A stretch of 63,890 nucleotides of DNA, counting the filler, from Choristocarpus tenellus KU-1152 (Eukaryota > Protista > Phaeophyceae), in assembly GCA_964200185.2 (NCBI GenBank). It is 9 parts of 9 records of this genome, joined end to end, with 100 filler letters (N's around TTAATTAATTAA, not from the genome) between each part and the next. Parts side by side here need not be neighbours in the genome. Positions count along the whole stretch, not along the records: positions 51,345 to 54,170 come from CAXNAD020024417.1; positions 54,271 to 58,638 come from CAXNAD020014875.1; positions 58,739 to 63,890 come from CAXNAD020011694.1; 6 more parts are not named here. One strand, given 5' to 3'. How positions within the stretch are numbered: position 1 is the stretch's first letter; each line of letters opens with the position of its first letter. The position numbers and the translations under genes were made by a program. This document shows, piece by piece, positions 52,770 to 63,890 of this stretch. The notes beneath the pieces were generated by a model, which had not been told where the DNA came from, did not search any database, and saw nothing but the letters and a program-made list of their open reading frames with translations.

Positions 52770-53455
52770 AGATAGAGAGTGTCAGTTTTTTGTGACCTTT
52801 TCATTTTGGTACGTTTCAAACGTATTAGATCAATGAAGTATGTGGTTTGTACTTTTATTTTTCGATATGAAGAATATAATATTTTTATTATTTCGTTATA
52901 ACCCTAATGCACGTGTTTTGGCGGTTGAAGGGTTTCGGGTAGTCCGACGGATCGCCCGAAACTCAAAAAGCGTTTCTAGTATTTAAAAAAATTATAGGGT
53001 ACCAGTTGAAAGTGACCTTTTAGTTTCGGAACATTGGAAACGTATGAGACCAATAAAGTTCATGCTTTGTATTTTTTTAAATTGTAAGAACGGGTAAGAC
53101 CGGATTTACTATTTCTAAAAACCATCATGCACGTGTTTTGGCGGTTCAAGGGTTTCGGGTGGTCCGCGCCCGAAACTCAAAAACCGCTTTTTGTCGGAAT
53201 CTGTATCTTAAAAAATACAAATTTCGAACGATTTAAGATTTCGTACTTAAAACGATTAGAGGGTGTCATTTTTTTTTTACCTTTTGGTTTCGGAACATTG
53301 GAAGTACAAAATCAATTAATTATGTTCTTAGTATTTTTATTTATTGAAATTATGGATATAATCGGATTTACAATTACTAAAAAACCTAATACACGTTTTT
53401 TCCTGATCATGGATCTCAGGGTGGTCCACGGATCGCCCGAAGCTCAAACATCGTT
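52770..53455. repeat. About three diverged tandem units of 220-260 bp, each with a GTTTCGGG...CCCGAAAC palindrome
   Basis: Homologous unit starts at 52905, 53126 and 53387 (atgcacgtgttttggcggtt-aagggtttcgggt..gcccgaaactcaaa). The block gacctttt..tttcggaacattggaa..caat recurs at about 52795, 53014 and 53280. Confidence 0.85.
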
Positions 53456-53540
53456 CATACGCCCGGCTTTGAATTTCAATTCTCCTAGTTCACTCCTAGA
53501 CCTTCTCACTGCCCAAGACCGCCTGTTACCCGAAACCACC

Positions 53541-54016
53541 ATGACAGTTGCTCCCACAGCAAAGGGGTGGCTTTTGTCGCCTGCGCCGCCCCCTGTGTTG
53601 CCCCCTCATCAGCCCGCCAACAATGATGCGCTGGAGCTTTCTACCAATTACGCTTCAGCGACCGGCGCCAAGCTTCGCCGAGAATGGGCTCAACCCATCC
53701 CGGTCAACGAACAGGGTGACTGCTGCAAGCGCTTAGCCTGAGTGAAGAAGTTCGCGGCAGATAGCGAGTCCTTCCTTGCACGCACGTTGGCCAAAGAGCA
53801 GGACATCATCGAGGCGTGTGAGAACCACCGCGATCGCAAGCGCTTCGTTGGTGACCGTGTACCTGTCATTAAGTTGGGATCTGGAGGCGGATCTATGCTC
53901 GCGGCCGGCATTCCTGTTTGTACGCAATTTTTCGAAGCATCGTTCGGAATATCCAATCATGTCATCGATGTTTGCAAAGGTGCACCTAACACAAGAGCAT
54001 CATCCAGCGTGGAGAG
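53541..54016 (+). pseudogene. First exon of a putative DNA transposase (Sola-like N-terminal region) with an in-frame TGA at 53739-53741
   Basis: ATG in ccaccATG context. The frame continues through one stop (CCKRLA*VKKF) to VCTQFFEASFGIS, resembling the VC..FF....GIS motif I recall from Sola-type transposases, and ends at AG|gtgggt. The catalytic region is not on the contig. Confidence 0.42.
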
Positions 54017-55639
54017 GTGGGTTTGATGTAAATACACAGTGCATTTGTACCTGGTATATATCAACGCCTGCTTGATGATTGAACAGTAGTCCTATCTCAG
54101 AACAATGTAATCCGACCGTACTCACCACATTCAGTTTGCAGTTACCACGCCTAGATGTCTGATGTACAAANNNNNNNNNNNNNNNNNNNNNNNNNNNNNN
54201 NNNNNNNNNNNNNNTTAATTAATTAANNNNNNNNNNNNNNNNNNNNNNNNNNNNNNNNNNNNNNNNNNNNTATCAAATATTGTACTACTGTCTTCCTTTG
54301 CTTCCCATCTAGCTACTCCTGTGCCCCAGGGGGGGGAAGTTATTGTTGTACTTCAACCTAACCGATCTAAGCGCTAAGTAGTATTGTGCTTGTTCTATTA
54401 ATTAGCCTCTATAATGCTACAGAACTAGCTCCGTGGCTTCTCCGTCTTTGCCTTGCGCTCTGGACCTTAGTAAGAGTCGCGTTACTTGTGTCTGATTCGG
54501 GTCCAACTGCACCTTAGATGGTGTCCGACTACCATGTTCGTACGGTTCCATAGTGGTATTGCATACATGACAATCATTCAGAGGTGTCAATGCATCATAT
54601 ATGATACTCATCTTGAATCTTGAGGACTAGACTTTTTTTTTTTTTACAAAGTGTGTCCAACCCAACCCAAGGTTCAGACTGCCAAAATATGTAACATTCT
54701 ATAACCAACTCTTCTCGTTCTTTTCGGCTAAGTTTCCAAACACTTCGCCAAGGCTTGCATTCCACACATTATATTCTTCCCCGCCCCTAATCGTTGTCTT
54801 AACTCTACCCACTTCCCCTCTATTTCTCATTCTTTCATTCACCATATCAAAACACCATATATCATCCTTTCCCGACTATATCCCTCTGGTGAGCCCGTGG
54901 CTTCTCATACCCATCAATGGTTACCAAAGTATGGCTTCCGTTCGATATTTGGATTCACCTTCCTACCTCCAAATGGGCTGAACGATATACTAACACGTAC
55001 ATACTCTAACCTTGCAAGCCTCACATTTCAAGATAAGTCAACATTTCTTCACTTCAACACCACTCTCTACCATAAATGTAGAGAGGGGTTAACCATAACC
55101 CTAACTGCGATGCATTGCGTAGGATCCAACCATCATTGCATTGTTCTTTTTTTGGTATCTAACCCCAACACGAACTCTAACCCTGCCTCCAACCCCAACT
55201 TTCGTACACCGAACAAACTGTTGTTCAACCGTTTTCCTAACCCTGCCAATTCCTTACAATACAAAACCTACAGCAATCACACTATATCTCGTGCTTTGCC
55301 CACGTGTCGACAACTAGGGTCAATTTCGTCTTGCTTTCAATCTTCAAAGAATATTCCCCGAAGTCCACGTCCAATACTCCTAACCACAACACTAACCCTG
55401 AGCCTACCACAAACACGTCCCATAAACTCGACGAATGGCCTGGATCGCCCCCCCCCACACACACAATAACACTAACCATAAAACTTATCCTGACCCTTAC
55501 CCTGAGCCCATCTGCATGTCATTCCAACCTAAAATCGCCATGTGACCTACCCCAAATTCCGTACCAGTGCCATGGTCGACCTTCCTCAGCCTAACCTAAC
55601 CCTAACTCATCAGGATTAGATCAACCCACTAAACCAACC

Positions 55640-56400
55640 CCTGAACAAAGGGTGGTATATTTTTACATTCTTCATGCGAAACATAGGACAAAAGACCCGA
55701 ACTAACAGCCCTGTTTGTCTACACACCAAATCCGACTCGTGCAACCAAAGAAACAATAGACTAACCTAAAAACAAACCATGGCCTATTTTCTCATTCTTA
55801 CTGCAAATCCTTGGACAACAGACCCTAATCAACAGCCCTGTTTGTGTAGATACGAAATGTGACACATGCAAATAAATAAACGAAAAACTAACCTGCAAAC
55901 AGACCATGGTATATTTTTCATTCCTCATGCTAACACTGCAACCACAGACCCTAACCAACAGCCCTGTTTGTTGACTTACCAGATCCGACTCATGCAACCA
56001 AAGAAACGATAAACTAACCTAAAAACAAACTAAAACCAAACCATGGTCTATTTTATCATTCTTCCTAACACTGGGACAATAGACTCTAAACGACAGCCCT
56101 GTTTGTGTACATACCAAATCCGACTAAAAAAAACAAAGAAACAATAAACTAACCCAAAACCAAACCATGTCATATTTTTCATTCTGTATGCGAACTCTAG
56201 GACAACATACCCTAGCCAAAAGCCCTGTTTGAACAATTTGAAAATCCAACACATGCAATCGTCGAAACTCCAAACTAACCCGAAAAAAATGGTGGCTATT
56301 TTTCCCATTCTTCGTGAGAAGGCAACGACAAAACGGACCCTAACCAACAGCCCTCTTTGAACACATTGGAAATCCGACACGAGCAACCAAATCACCTAAA
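55640..56400. repeat. Tandem array of about six ~127-bp units
   Basis: The anchor acagccctgtttg (or a close variant) recurs at about 55705, 55832, 55958, 56093, 56220 and 56347. Confidence 0.92.
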
Positions 56401-57189
56401 AATGGGAAAATCCAAAAGAGGGTCCAAAACGGACGCCGGCACCCCCCCCTCAGACACTTTGATGCATTAATCACATCATGAAATGACTAACCCCATTAAA
56501 AACTAAGATTCAAGTCTACCACTAGGTAAGAGATGGAGACTTGAGGTGAGTCATACATGTTATTATTTTATTTTTCGAGTGGCATGATCCCCCTGACATG
56601 ATGCAATAACCATGCAGTCACCTGGTATCGTTTTTGGAGAGTTGAGCCACCAACACCATACGTCCGAGTTGTCCACTTAGTATATTGTAGTCGTCGTGAA
56701 TAATATTCCAATCGATATCCGAATTTGAGGAAGGAGAATGGGTGCGCACATTTGATCTCGTCGTCTACTATGTTGATTTTGATCGTGTAACACGGGATAT
56801 TATTTTACACATTGGAGTGGTGGTGATCAAAGTCATCTTCTAACACTCGTATAGCAATGTCAGATATCACACACTCTAGTCAAACCGTTTATTGGCATTG
56901 TATAGTGTTTGTTCGTTGTATCCCCATTCTGAATATACTCTGTTGTAACAGATAATGGAGACCCATATGCTGACGACATATACCTCTCACCTCGTCTTTG
57001 GGCTGATTGGTATGCTGATCCCATACTCTCAGACCTCGTAAGCTTGACTGGTATGCTGACCACATACCATCAACCTTAAGGCGCATGATGTCCTGATCAG
57101 ATATTCATTATGCCTCGTTTATGTATTACACTCCATCTGGTATTAATGGGGTCGTGTAAAACAATGTCGCAATAGTATACTAGCAGTCA

Positions 57190-58307
57190 TACAAGTTTCC
57201 CATTTTGCTCCCAGAGCTCACTTTTTGGTTGACCTTGAGCCATATTTACATGACTTCAAGGCTGATCAGAAGGGGGGGCGATGTGGAAAGCAGGTATGTC
57301 TTCTGTTACACCGATTGAGGTTGTTTTTTGAGGACTTCGGTTCAACTGTGTGGAGGATACTTGGCATTTGCAAAGCTCTGGGAACTAATCTATATCTCCC
57401 TGGATTCTTTACCTCAGGAGTTCTGGACACTTCACACACAAACTCCAGATTGTCCGCAATTGGGGAAAAGAGGATTTTTTTGGTGGAGTGGGATATTTTG
57501 GCGTAGGGGGCCCAAATGGGGTAGAGCGTGCCCTTCTAGACATTCGCCTAAGGATTGAGTGTTGAGAATGGGTCATCAGTCTAGATGGAAAAAATGTTTT
57601 CAACATCGTACACCGCTCGGCCATCATCAAGACTCTCCCAGAAAATCTACCAGGACTCCTGCCTTATGTCTCCAAGGTATATGGGGACACCCGTAATCTT
57701 CTTCTTCCCCTAGACGAGGGAGGGATGAAGATCCTGCTATCAATATCAGGGGCACAACAAGGAGACCCCCTTGGCCCCCTCTTTTATTGCATGGCAACAC
57801 ATAAAGCCCTACAGCAGGTCCAATCTGCCTTTGGACCCTAGGGTTTCCTCCCGAAGCTATCTGGACAACACATCCATTTCCACAAGGGAGATCGGCCGTG
57901 ACACCGTAGCTGCTTTCGAGCAGTTAAAAGTGACCTCCATGAGGTAGGCATTGACTTGAATATGGACAAGACCTTTGCCGCATCTCCCCAGGGCCACCAA
58001 CCCACGCCCTCGGAACTGGAGCTTCTTTCTACAGCAGGAAACAACCTAGCCCAGAACCCCAACGTTTTTGTCACATTAGGGGCTCCTGCGGAAACAGATG
58101 GCTTTATCCAAAGCCCATATGACTGAGGTGATTGAAAGCTCTGAGACACAAACTTTGGCCACATACCTCAGCAAGATGGAGGACAAACAGGTAGCCTGGC
58201 TCCCCAACTCCTGGTTCCTCTCTTTCCGCCTAGGCTATCTTGCTAGGGTCACTGCCCCCCACCTGGCACGCTCCACCATGGAGCAAGCAGACAACACCTT
58301 GTTTTGG
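57190..58307 (+). mobile_element. Degenerate non-LTR retrotransposon reverse transcriptase, CRE-clade-like
   Basis: Motifs AIGE, FGVGGPNGVE, SLDGKNVFNIVHRSAI, PGLLPYVSKVY, GAQQGDPLGPLFYC and SYLDN (decayed YLDD), with stops and frameshifts. Cut at 58308 by a MITE. Confidence 0.88.
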
Positions 58308-58638
58308 GAGTGAAAGTATCTTAGAGGATACGAGTTTTCCCCGTTTGTTCATTTGGGGCTTGGCTTTCCATGTTTTTTTTATTGCATTTTCCAACTCCAA
58401 AATGTTTAAGAGTAGGCAAAATATATACGTTATGAAAAGGTGTGTCCAGAACTTGGATATTGACACTTCCTAACAAAAACAATAAGCCAAAATACAACGT
58501 TGTGATTTTGATGAAATTTTGGCCATTGTGTTTGTTAGGAAGTGTCAATATCCAAGTTCTGGACACACCTTTTCATAACGTATATATTTTGCCTACTCTT
58601 AAACATTTTGGAGTTGGAAAATGCAATAAAAAAAACAT
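58308..58638. mobile_element. MITE family A copy folded back into a 108-bp perfect inverted repeat
   Basis: Starts gagtgaaagtatcttagag. 58370-58477 is the exact reverse complement of 58531-58638. Confidence 0.88.
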
Positions 58639-58802
58639 NNNNNNNNNNNNNNNNNNNNNNNNNNNNNNNNNNNNNNNNNNNNTTAATTAATTAANNNNNN
58701 NNNNNNNNNNNNNNNNNNNNNNNNNNNNNNNNNNNNNNCATCATTGAATGAGGAACGAGATATTTATGATTGTACAGACCCCCCACTTTTTGGGTCACTA
58801 AA

Positions 58803-59045
58803 GTACCAAAGTAACTTAGAGGGAAGGGCCGCGTCCATTCGGGGACCAAAATCCAATGTTGCGATATTGATGTAATTTTGGCTACTACTATTGTGTTTGT
58901 TAGGGAGTGTCAATATCCATGTTTCGGACACACCTTTTCATAACATAGACACTTTATCTACTCCTTAGCATTTTGGAGTAGGAAAATATCATGAAAGAAT
59001 CCATGGGAAGCCAAGCCTCAAATAAACAAACAGGACAAAATTCTC
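58803..59045 (+). mobile_element. MITE family A copy, right TIR missing
   Basis: caaagtaacttagaggg...gggaagccaagcctcaaataaacaaacaggacaaaa. Confidence 0.83.
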
Positions 59046-61271
59046 GACACTGTTGACTTACACATTGCTAAGTGTGGTACTGATAGGATATTGTAGAGCA
59101 AAAAAAAAGCTTGGCCTGAACAACAAACGGATGCTACAGACTGAAATTTCCTAATTGTTTGCCGACCAAGGGATACGCAGAGCAAGTGACCCTAGATGTT
59201 TTACAGGAAAACTGCCACTATCGACCAAATAAATGAGCATGAGAATTTGCTGGACAACGGATTTTATGAAGACACGTAACAAATGTATATTTTCCCTTCT
59301 GCCAATTGTTTCTTCCATTGAATTGCCTTCTCTGCAAGTAAAGAAAACAAATATCGGTGTGCAAAACAATATTACTTGATAAAGTTGGTTGCTTCAAAGG
59401 AAATTATTTGAGCAAATGACCAAAGGAGTTTTCGACAATGAATGTTTCAGGGCAAATGGGTTCTTAGGCATTACCCGACAAAATGCTAACCAATAACAGA
59501 AGAAAAAAAGACAGCTCAAATGAACTACTTATTCTCTTACTGTACTTTCAAGTATAAAACTTGGTTCGCTCGTTCCTGTCCGAGGAATGGTGATACTTGG
59601 AGGGTGAATGAGATATGGAGCAGAGGTGTGTGGGGAAGGAAATGCACCTTGGGGAGCAGCTGCATTCTTGTTTCTCTCTCTCTCTTTTTGCTACAGTAAG
59701 AGTATGGTAAGTAAGTGCGCAAACAAACAAAAACACACCTACATACACAAAAGAGCCACCATCCAGCATCATAACACCATACTTAGATCGTGGCCTGTTC
59801 AGAACATATATTCAACACAAAAAAGTATGTGTAACACATTTGGGACTCATCTAGGGACCTATCTACGAGTCATTCTGCAACCTAGTTTTACCAATTAAGT
59901 GTGGTTGCCATCAGTACACCCGCAGGTGCCCTGGTATCTCAGGGCAAGGGTGATGATCAGGAAGGAATAGTGACTGGGGGGCACGTATCCTGATGCAGTT
60001 TGTGTTCATCCCCAAATCAAGCTGCCTAGCATACCACATGACTACATTCCCAATGTCCACAGTATGGCCTTCCAGGCAAAGAAAGAGATGAAAAAAAGGA
60101 GGGGAAAATAATAGCCTATCTGACGCTCTGCCAATAAAAGGCAAACTGGCCCTCTAACTAAAGCCTTTCTTTGCTTCTTTGCATCATGCAAGTATCCTAC
60201 TTGTAGAACAGAAAAAAGATTGTGAAATGCCACAAAGATACAAATAATGGTCAATTTCTTCCACATACCTCTCCCCCTCTCCCTTTTATCCCACGAACAT
60301 TTCAGCAGACACAGCCCAACTACAACCCCCACCCCCTGTCCGTGCATGCCAATCAGGGCAAACAAAAAGCAAGAGGTAAGACAATGCGTAGGGAACGCTA
60401 AGGACGAGGTAACGCATTGGATGTACGAAAGGACAGCAAACGTAATCAGAATACAACAAAACATCAAAGGTACACACCAACAGGTACAATATACAAAACA
60501 AACCAGAACAAGTACCCTCCCACACAACTACCATAAAAGTACAAAAGACCATGTCAAAAAAAGGTTGGTCAGGTCTTGAACCCAGCCAATGCTGTCAAAG
60601 CTCACAATGACTCACTAAACTACCCCCTTTCAGAAAACAGTGGCGGAGTGCACTCTACTTTTCCATCCCAAAGGGCTGTGTAGATCAAACCGCAAATGAA
60701 ATAGCTTCAACAAACTACCACATTGCTAAGTGAGAAGGTGCTCCATACGTAGGCAGTAATACCAACAAGCCAATGAAAAGGGCAGACACCACTTGAAGGG
60801 AAAGTCAATAGCAACAAAAGGACATGAAAACATTTGCACAGAAACAATCAGGAAAGTCTGATCCATGCGCAGCCAGCTGGCAGCTGTTCCATAGATTCAT
60901 AACGTTTCCAATTTTGGAGTCTCCAGGAGTAACATGATCTGAACCCCTCCACTCAAACATAACTTTGTTCTGGCAAAAAAAATTGTCCCTCTCCCTTCCC
61001 CTTGATCAACCATCCAGGAAAATACTTCTCCAGCCACACACCACTGCAGTCTTACTCCTTACTGCCTTAAGGCCCTCCTGCCTCAGCTCAAACATCGAAT
61101 TCCTCTGACTACAGTAATCAGCTCCTTTCTCGTCTCTCTGGACCCATCTCCTCCAATATTCCCCATAATCTTTTTTCCATAGAACCTCTTGCTCCTCTCC
61201 ACATACAAACACCCACCCTCTTCCCCTGCCACTCTTCCTCCTCTGCAAGGTATCTAAAACCATGCTCATGA

Positions 61272-63440
61272 TTAGTCCATGAACCCACTTGTCCTGCATG
61301 AATTCGTCCAATCAGTGTAGAGCAAGAATATAATTGGGTGACAAGGCAAGGAGAAGAAAAGAAAGGTTACACTTGGCATACTCTAAAGTCTGCCCCATTT
61401 CCTCCTCAAAAAAGTGCCATAAAAAAAAATACAAAAATTGTAACAATAATTGAAAGTAACTAACCTCTGATCAAAACTTCTACAGCATAAAGTGAAGCTT
61501 CACGTCATACCAGCACAAGAGCAATTTTAGCACGGATATTACAGCTATCAGTTCTCACACAAGGGGACAGAGTGTGCATTATATAAACACTTCCCGTTTA
61601 AAACAAACCCACACACCTTAACCCCCCCCTCTCCCCTCCCCCTCAGCATCCTTAGAGTGCATTCTTCTGCTGAAACACTTCCCATTTAAAACAGACCAAG
61701 CCCACACACGTGACCCACCCCTCTCCCCTTCCCCCCCAGCATCATTATAGAACATAAGCAGAACAAGACATCATCAGCATGGGGGGAAGGGGAAAGGGTG
61801 ACCTACATTTCTAACCTGAGGTTGTTGCGAAGTATGGTGTCCTTACAAGAGTTGAACACCACACGGATGTTCTCACTGTCAGTGGCACATGTCACGTGGT
61901 GGTACACAGTCTTGGAGGTGATATTGCTGCTTAAAAACTGCATAGCATAATGCAACATTGGAAATAAACAGCGGCACCCGCAATGTGGAGAGCGTTACAC
62001 GCAGGCTGGCTCAGTTTAGGAAGACATCCAAGCTCACTTGGATAAGAGGAGGTATTTGTGAAGGGGACGGATAAGGGAAAGGCTTCCAGATTCCAGCCTG
62101 ACATAAATAACTCAAGTTGCCTCAGACTACAATCCCATACAGGAGGAAGGCAGCACGTAACCCCTGTGCTGGAGAACCAATGTGATACCAACCCTAAAAT
62201 GTTGAATCATAAAACATTGACGGTCATGGGACAGAGTGTTGCTGAAAGTCAAATGCATTCAAACAAAAAACCCGATAATACAAACATTACCAGTCAGTCT
62301 TTCACAATCCATAAAAAAAAGTACTTGAAATCACCGTTGCTATTAACTAGCAACAATTAACAGCTGTAATTGCCCCCATCTGTCCACCCCACTCCTAAAA
62401 AACCACCCACCTTTTCCAGAAAGTAGTTGACACCTTTGTCGAAGGTACATGGGCCCCTAAAGTCAGACCACTCTGGCACAGTCGAAATATCCTTTACCTG
62501 TAAGGGTAGGGGTTAAACGCCTCCAATGGTTGGTCGACTTCATCCCAGCCAACAGAAGCAAAACCCAAGAGAATAACCAATTCGAGGCCCAGCCTCATTG
62601 AACTACTTTGGCAGCCGTGGGCCAACCCTGACAGAGACATCACTTGGTTAGTTCACCTGTTCAAAACACATCAGGTCAACCCCTGAATTGTACTAAATTC
62701 ATGTAGGTTTCAAAATGATATTGAAATAATATATTCATTGAAGTAAAAAAAAAAAAGACCGACTAGTTCAATCTCACTGAAATGTCTGAAGCCCCTGGAC
62801 CATCATGTCAGAAGATGATGGGTCGGCCAAGTGGGTGAACCAGGCCATAAACAGTTCCCTTCACAGACGAAAAGCCATGAGAATAAGCAATTACAGACAT
62901 TACCTGCATACTCTCTCCATACTCTCTCTCTCTCTCTCTCTCTTAATATCGGTGGTGTCATACCTTTTCATTGGGGGGTGAGGAGAGAGTATATCACACC
63001 CCAATGAAAAGGCATGACACCACCGATATCAAATTTCATTATTTTTTTTCTTGCAAGTCCATTTCTCTCAAACCCTTTTCCGCAGAGGAAAAAAAAACTG
63101 CACGCAGAATGCTTGGGGGCAATCAAAATAAAATTCTACTGCATCGTAAGAAGAAAAAAACACATTGAAAAAATAAAAGACACTGGCACAAAATCAGAAC
63201 TTTATCGTATCGTGCTGTTGTGGAGGGTATCTTAATTGCTTCGACTCCCCTCAGCAAAAAAAGTTCAACCAGATGGAGTTTGCATTGAGGACATTCATCA
63301 ATGACAGGGGCAGTGGGGAGTTTCTCACAGGAATTTTCTCTGCAAACAGGTCCTTCTTGTTGAGGAAAAGGATGATGCTCGACCTCTCGAAGTAGGGGTT
63401 AAGACATATCTCACGGAAGAGCTCTATTGCCTCGCCCATC
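61272..63440 (-). CDS. GPA1: Heterotrimeric G-protein alpha subunit, 3' part (exons 63329-63440, 62411-62497, 61816-61937, 61272-61293)
   Basis: Spliced: [38 protein letters not shown]|[29 protein letters not shown]|[41 protein letters not shown]|TSGFMD*. G4 (NKKD) and G5 (TCAT) motifs are present. The symbol indicates family only; the paralogue cannot be assigned. Confidence 0.97.
62946..63029 (-). ncRNA. Intronic hairpin, candidate pre-miRNA
   Basis: 36-bp stem (62946-62981 with 62994-63029), 12-nt loop and two non-Watson-Crick positions. The structure is certain; the function is unproven. Confidence 0.35.
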
Positions 63441-63890
63441 CTGAAAACATTAACCATCCATCCAGTTGAAGGACAAGATAAGAGGGTAGCAGCGTGCGTG
63501 TGTATGAAGTTGCCCAATTGTCTCAGGATATCAGTTAACGAATGCATGATACCTGGGGTTGTAGGGTGGGTTCCTTTATTCTCATGAAGCACCAGCTTTC
63601 CACATTTTTCTTGCGAAGAGGTTGTCTAGCACACTTCTCAAACAAAGTAACAAAGTCCTCTCCTCTACCACAGCAACTATCAGACACTATCACTCTTCCC
63701 CACCAAACGCCACCACTTCGGCAGCAAAAACATCCTCAGACCGCCTCCTCCCCCCACAGAAAGACTCTTCCAAGCCTACCTTCCACCATCCAACCACAAA
63801 AAAAAAAGTCCCCCCTGCCCCCCCCCTCCCCTAAAGTTTCCCCCCCCCCCCCCCCCCCTCCTCGTGATATCTTTTAGTCCCCCCCGTGTG

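Noticed and set aside
53127-53540. N-terminal 138 codons of the 204-aa ORF
   Set aside because: Runs through the AT-rich tandem repeat; coding-like composition starts only at ATG 53541.
53739-53741. In-frame TGA as recoding
   Set aside because: A TGG-to-TGA decay mutation is more parsimonious because the neighbouring gene is also disrupted.
56600-57100. Possible decayed coding or viral fragment
   Set aside because: Multiple stops and no identifiable motif.
4132-58738. Recurrent TTAATTAATTAA palindrome and apparent gene neighbourhoods across gaps
   Set aside because: Artificial six-frame-stop linker between concatenated contigs; no linkage can be inferred across it.

Overview
This is eukaryotic, intron-rich DNA, most consistent with a stramenopile such as a brown alga or relative (inferred from gene structure, TTAGGG-like tracts and the G-alpha C-terminus). 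The window is not one locus. Nine contigs (1-4131, 4232-26961, 27062-29881, 29982-34824, 34925-40339, 40440-51244, 51345-54170, 54271-58638, 58739-63890) are joined by artificial N44-TTAATTAATTAA-N44 linkers, so adjacency across gaps is uninformative. Manual splicing recovers a SEL1-repeat gene fragment, the 5' ~21 kb of a giant HECTD4/HERC-like E3-ligase-type gene carrying inserted SH3-like, discoidin-like and ILEI domains, an MRS2/CorA Mg2+ transporter, a type-II membrane protein with a divergent bulb-lectin-like domain, the 3' end of a G-alpha gene, and two unidentified gene ends. Mobile DNA includes several MITE families sharing a CAAAGTATCT terminal core, a DD39D mariner relic and a CRE-like non-LTR RT relic. 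The best candidate for an undescribed system is contig 7: a spliced ParB/Srx-like (DGNHR) gene head-to-head with a Sola-like transposase-type gene, separated by tandem units carrying a palindrome. Also notable are frequent GC-AG introns and a near-perfect intronic hairpin in the G-alpha gene. All homology calls come from motif recognition by eye and remembered family consensus, not from database searches.
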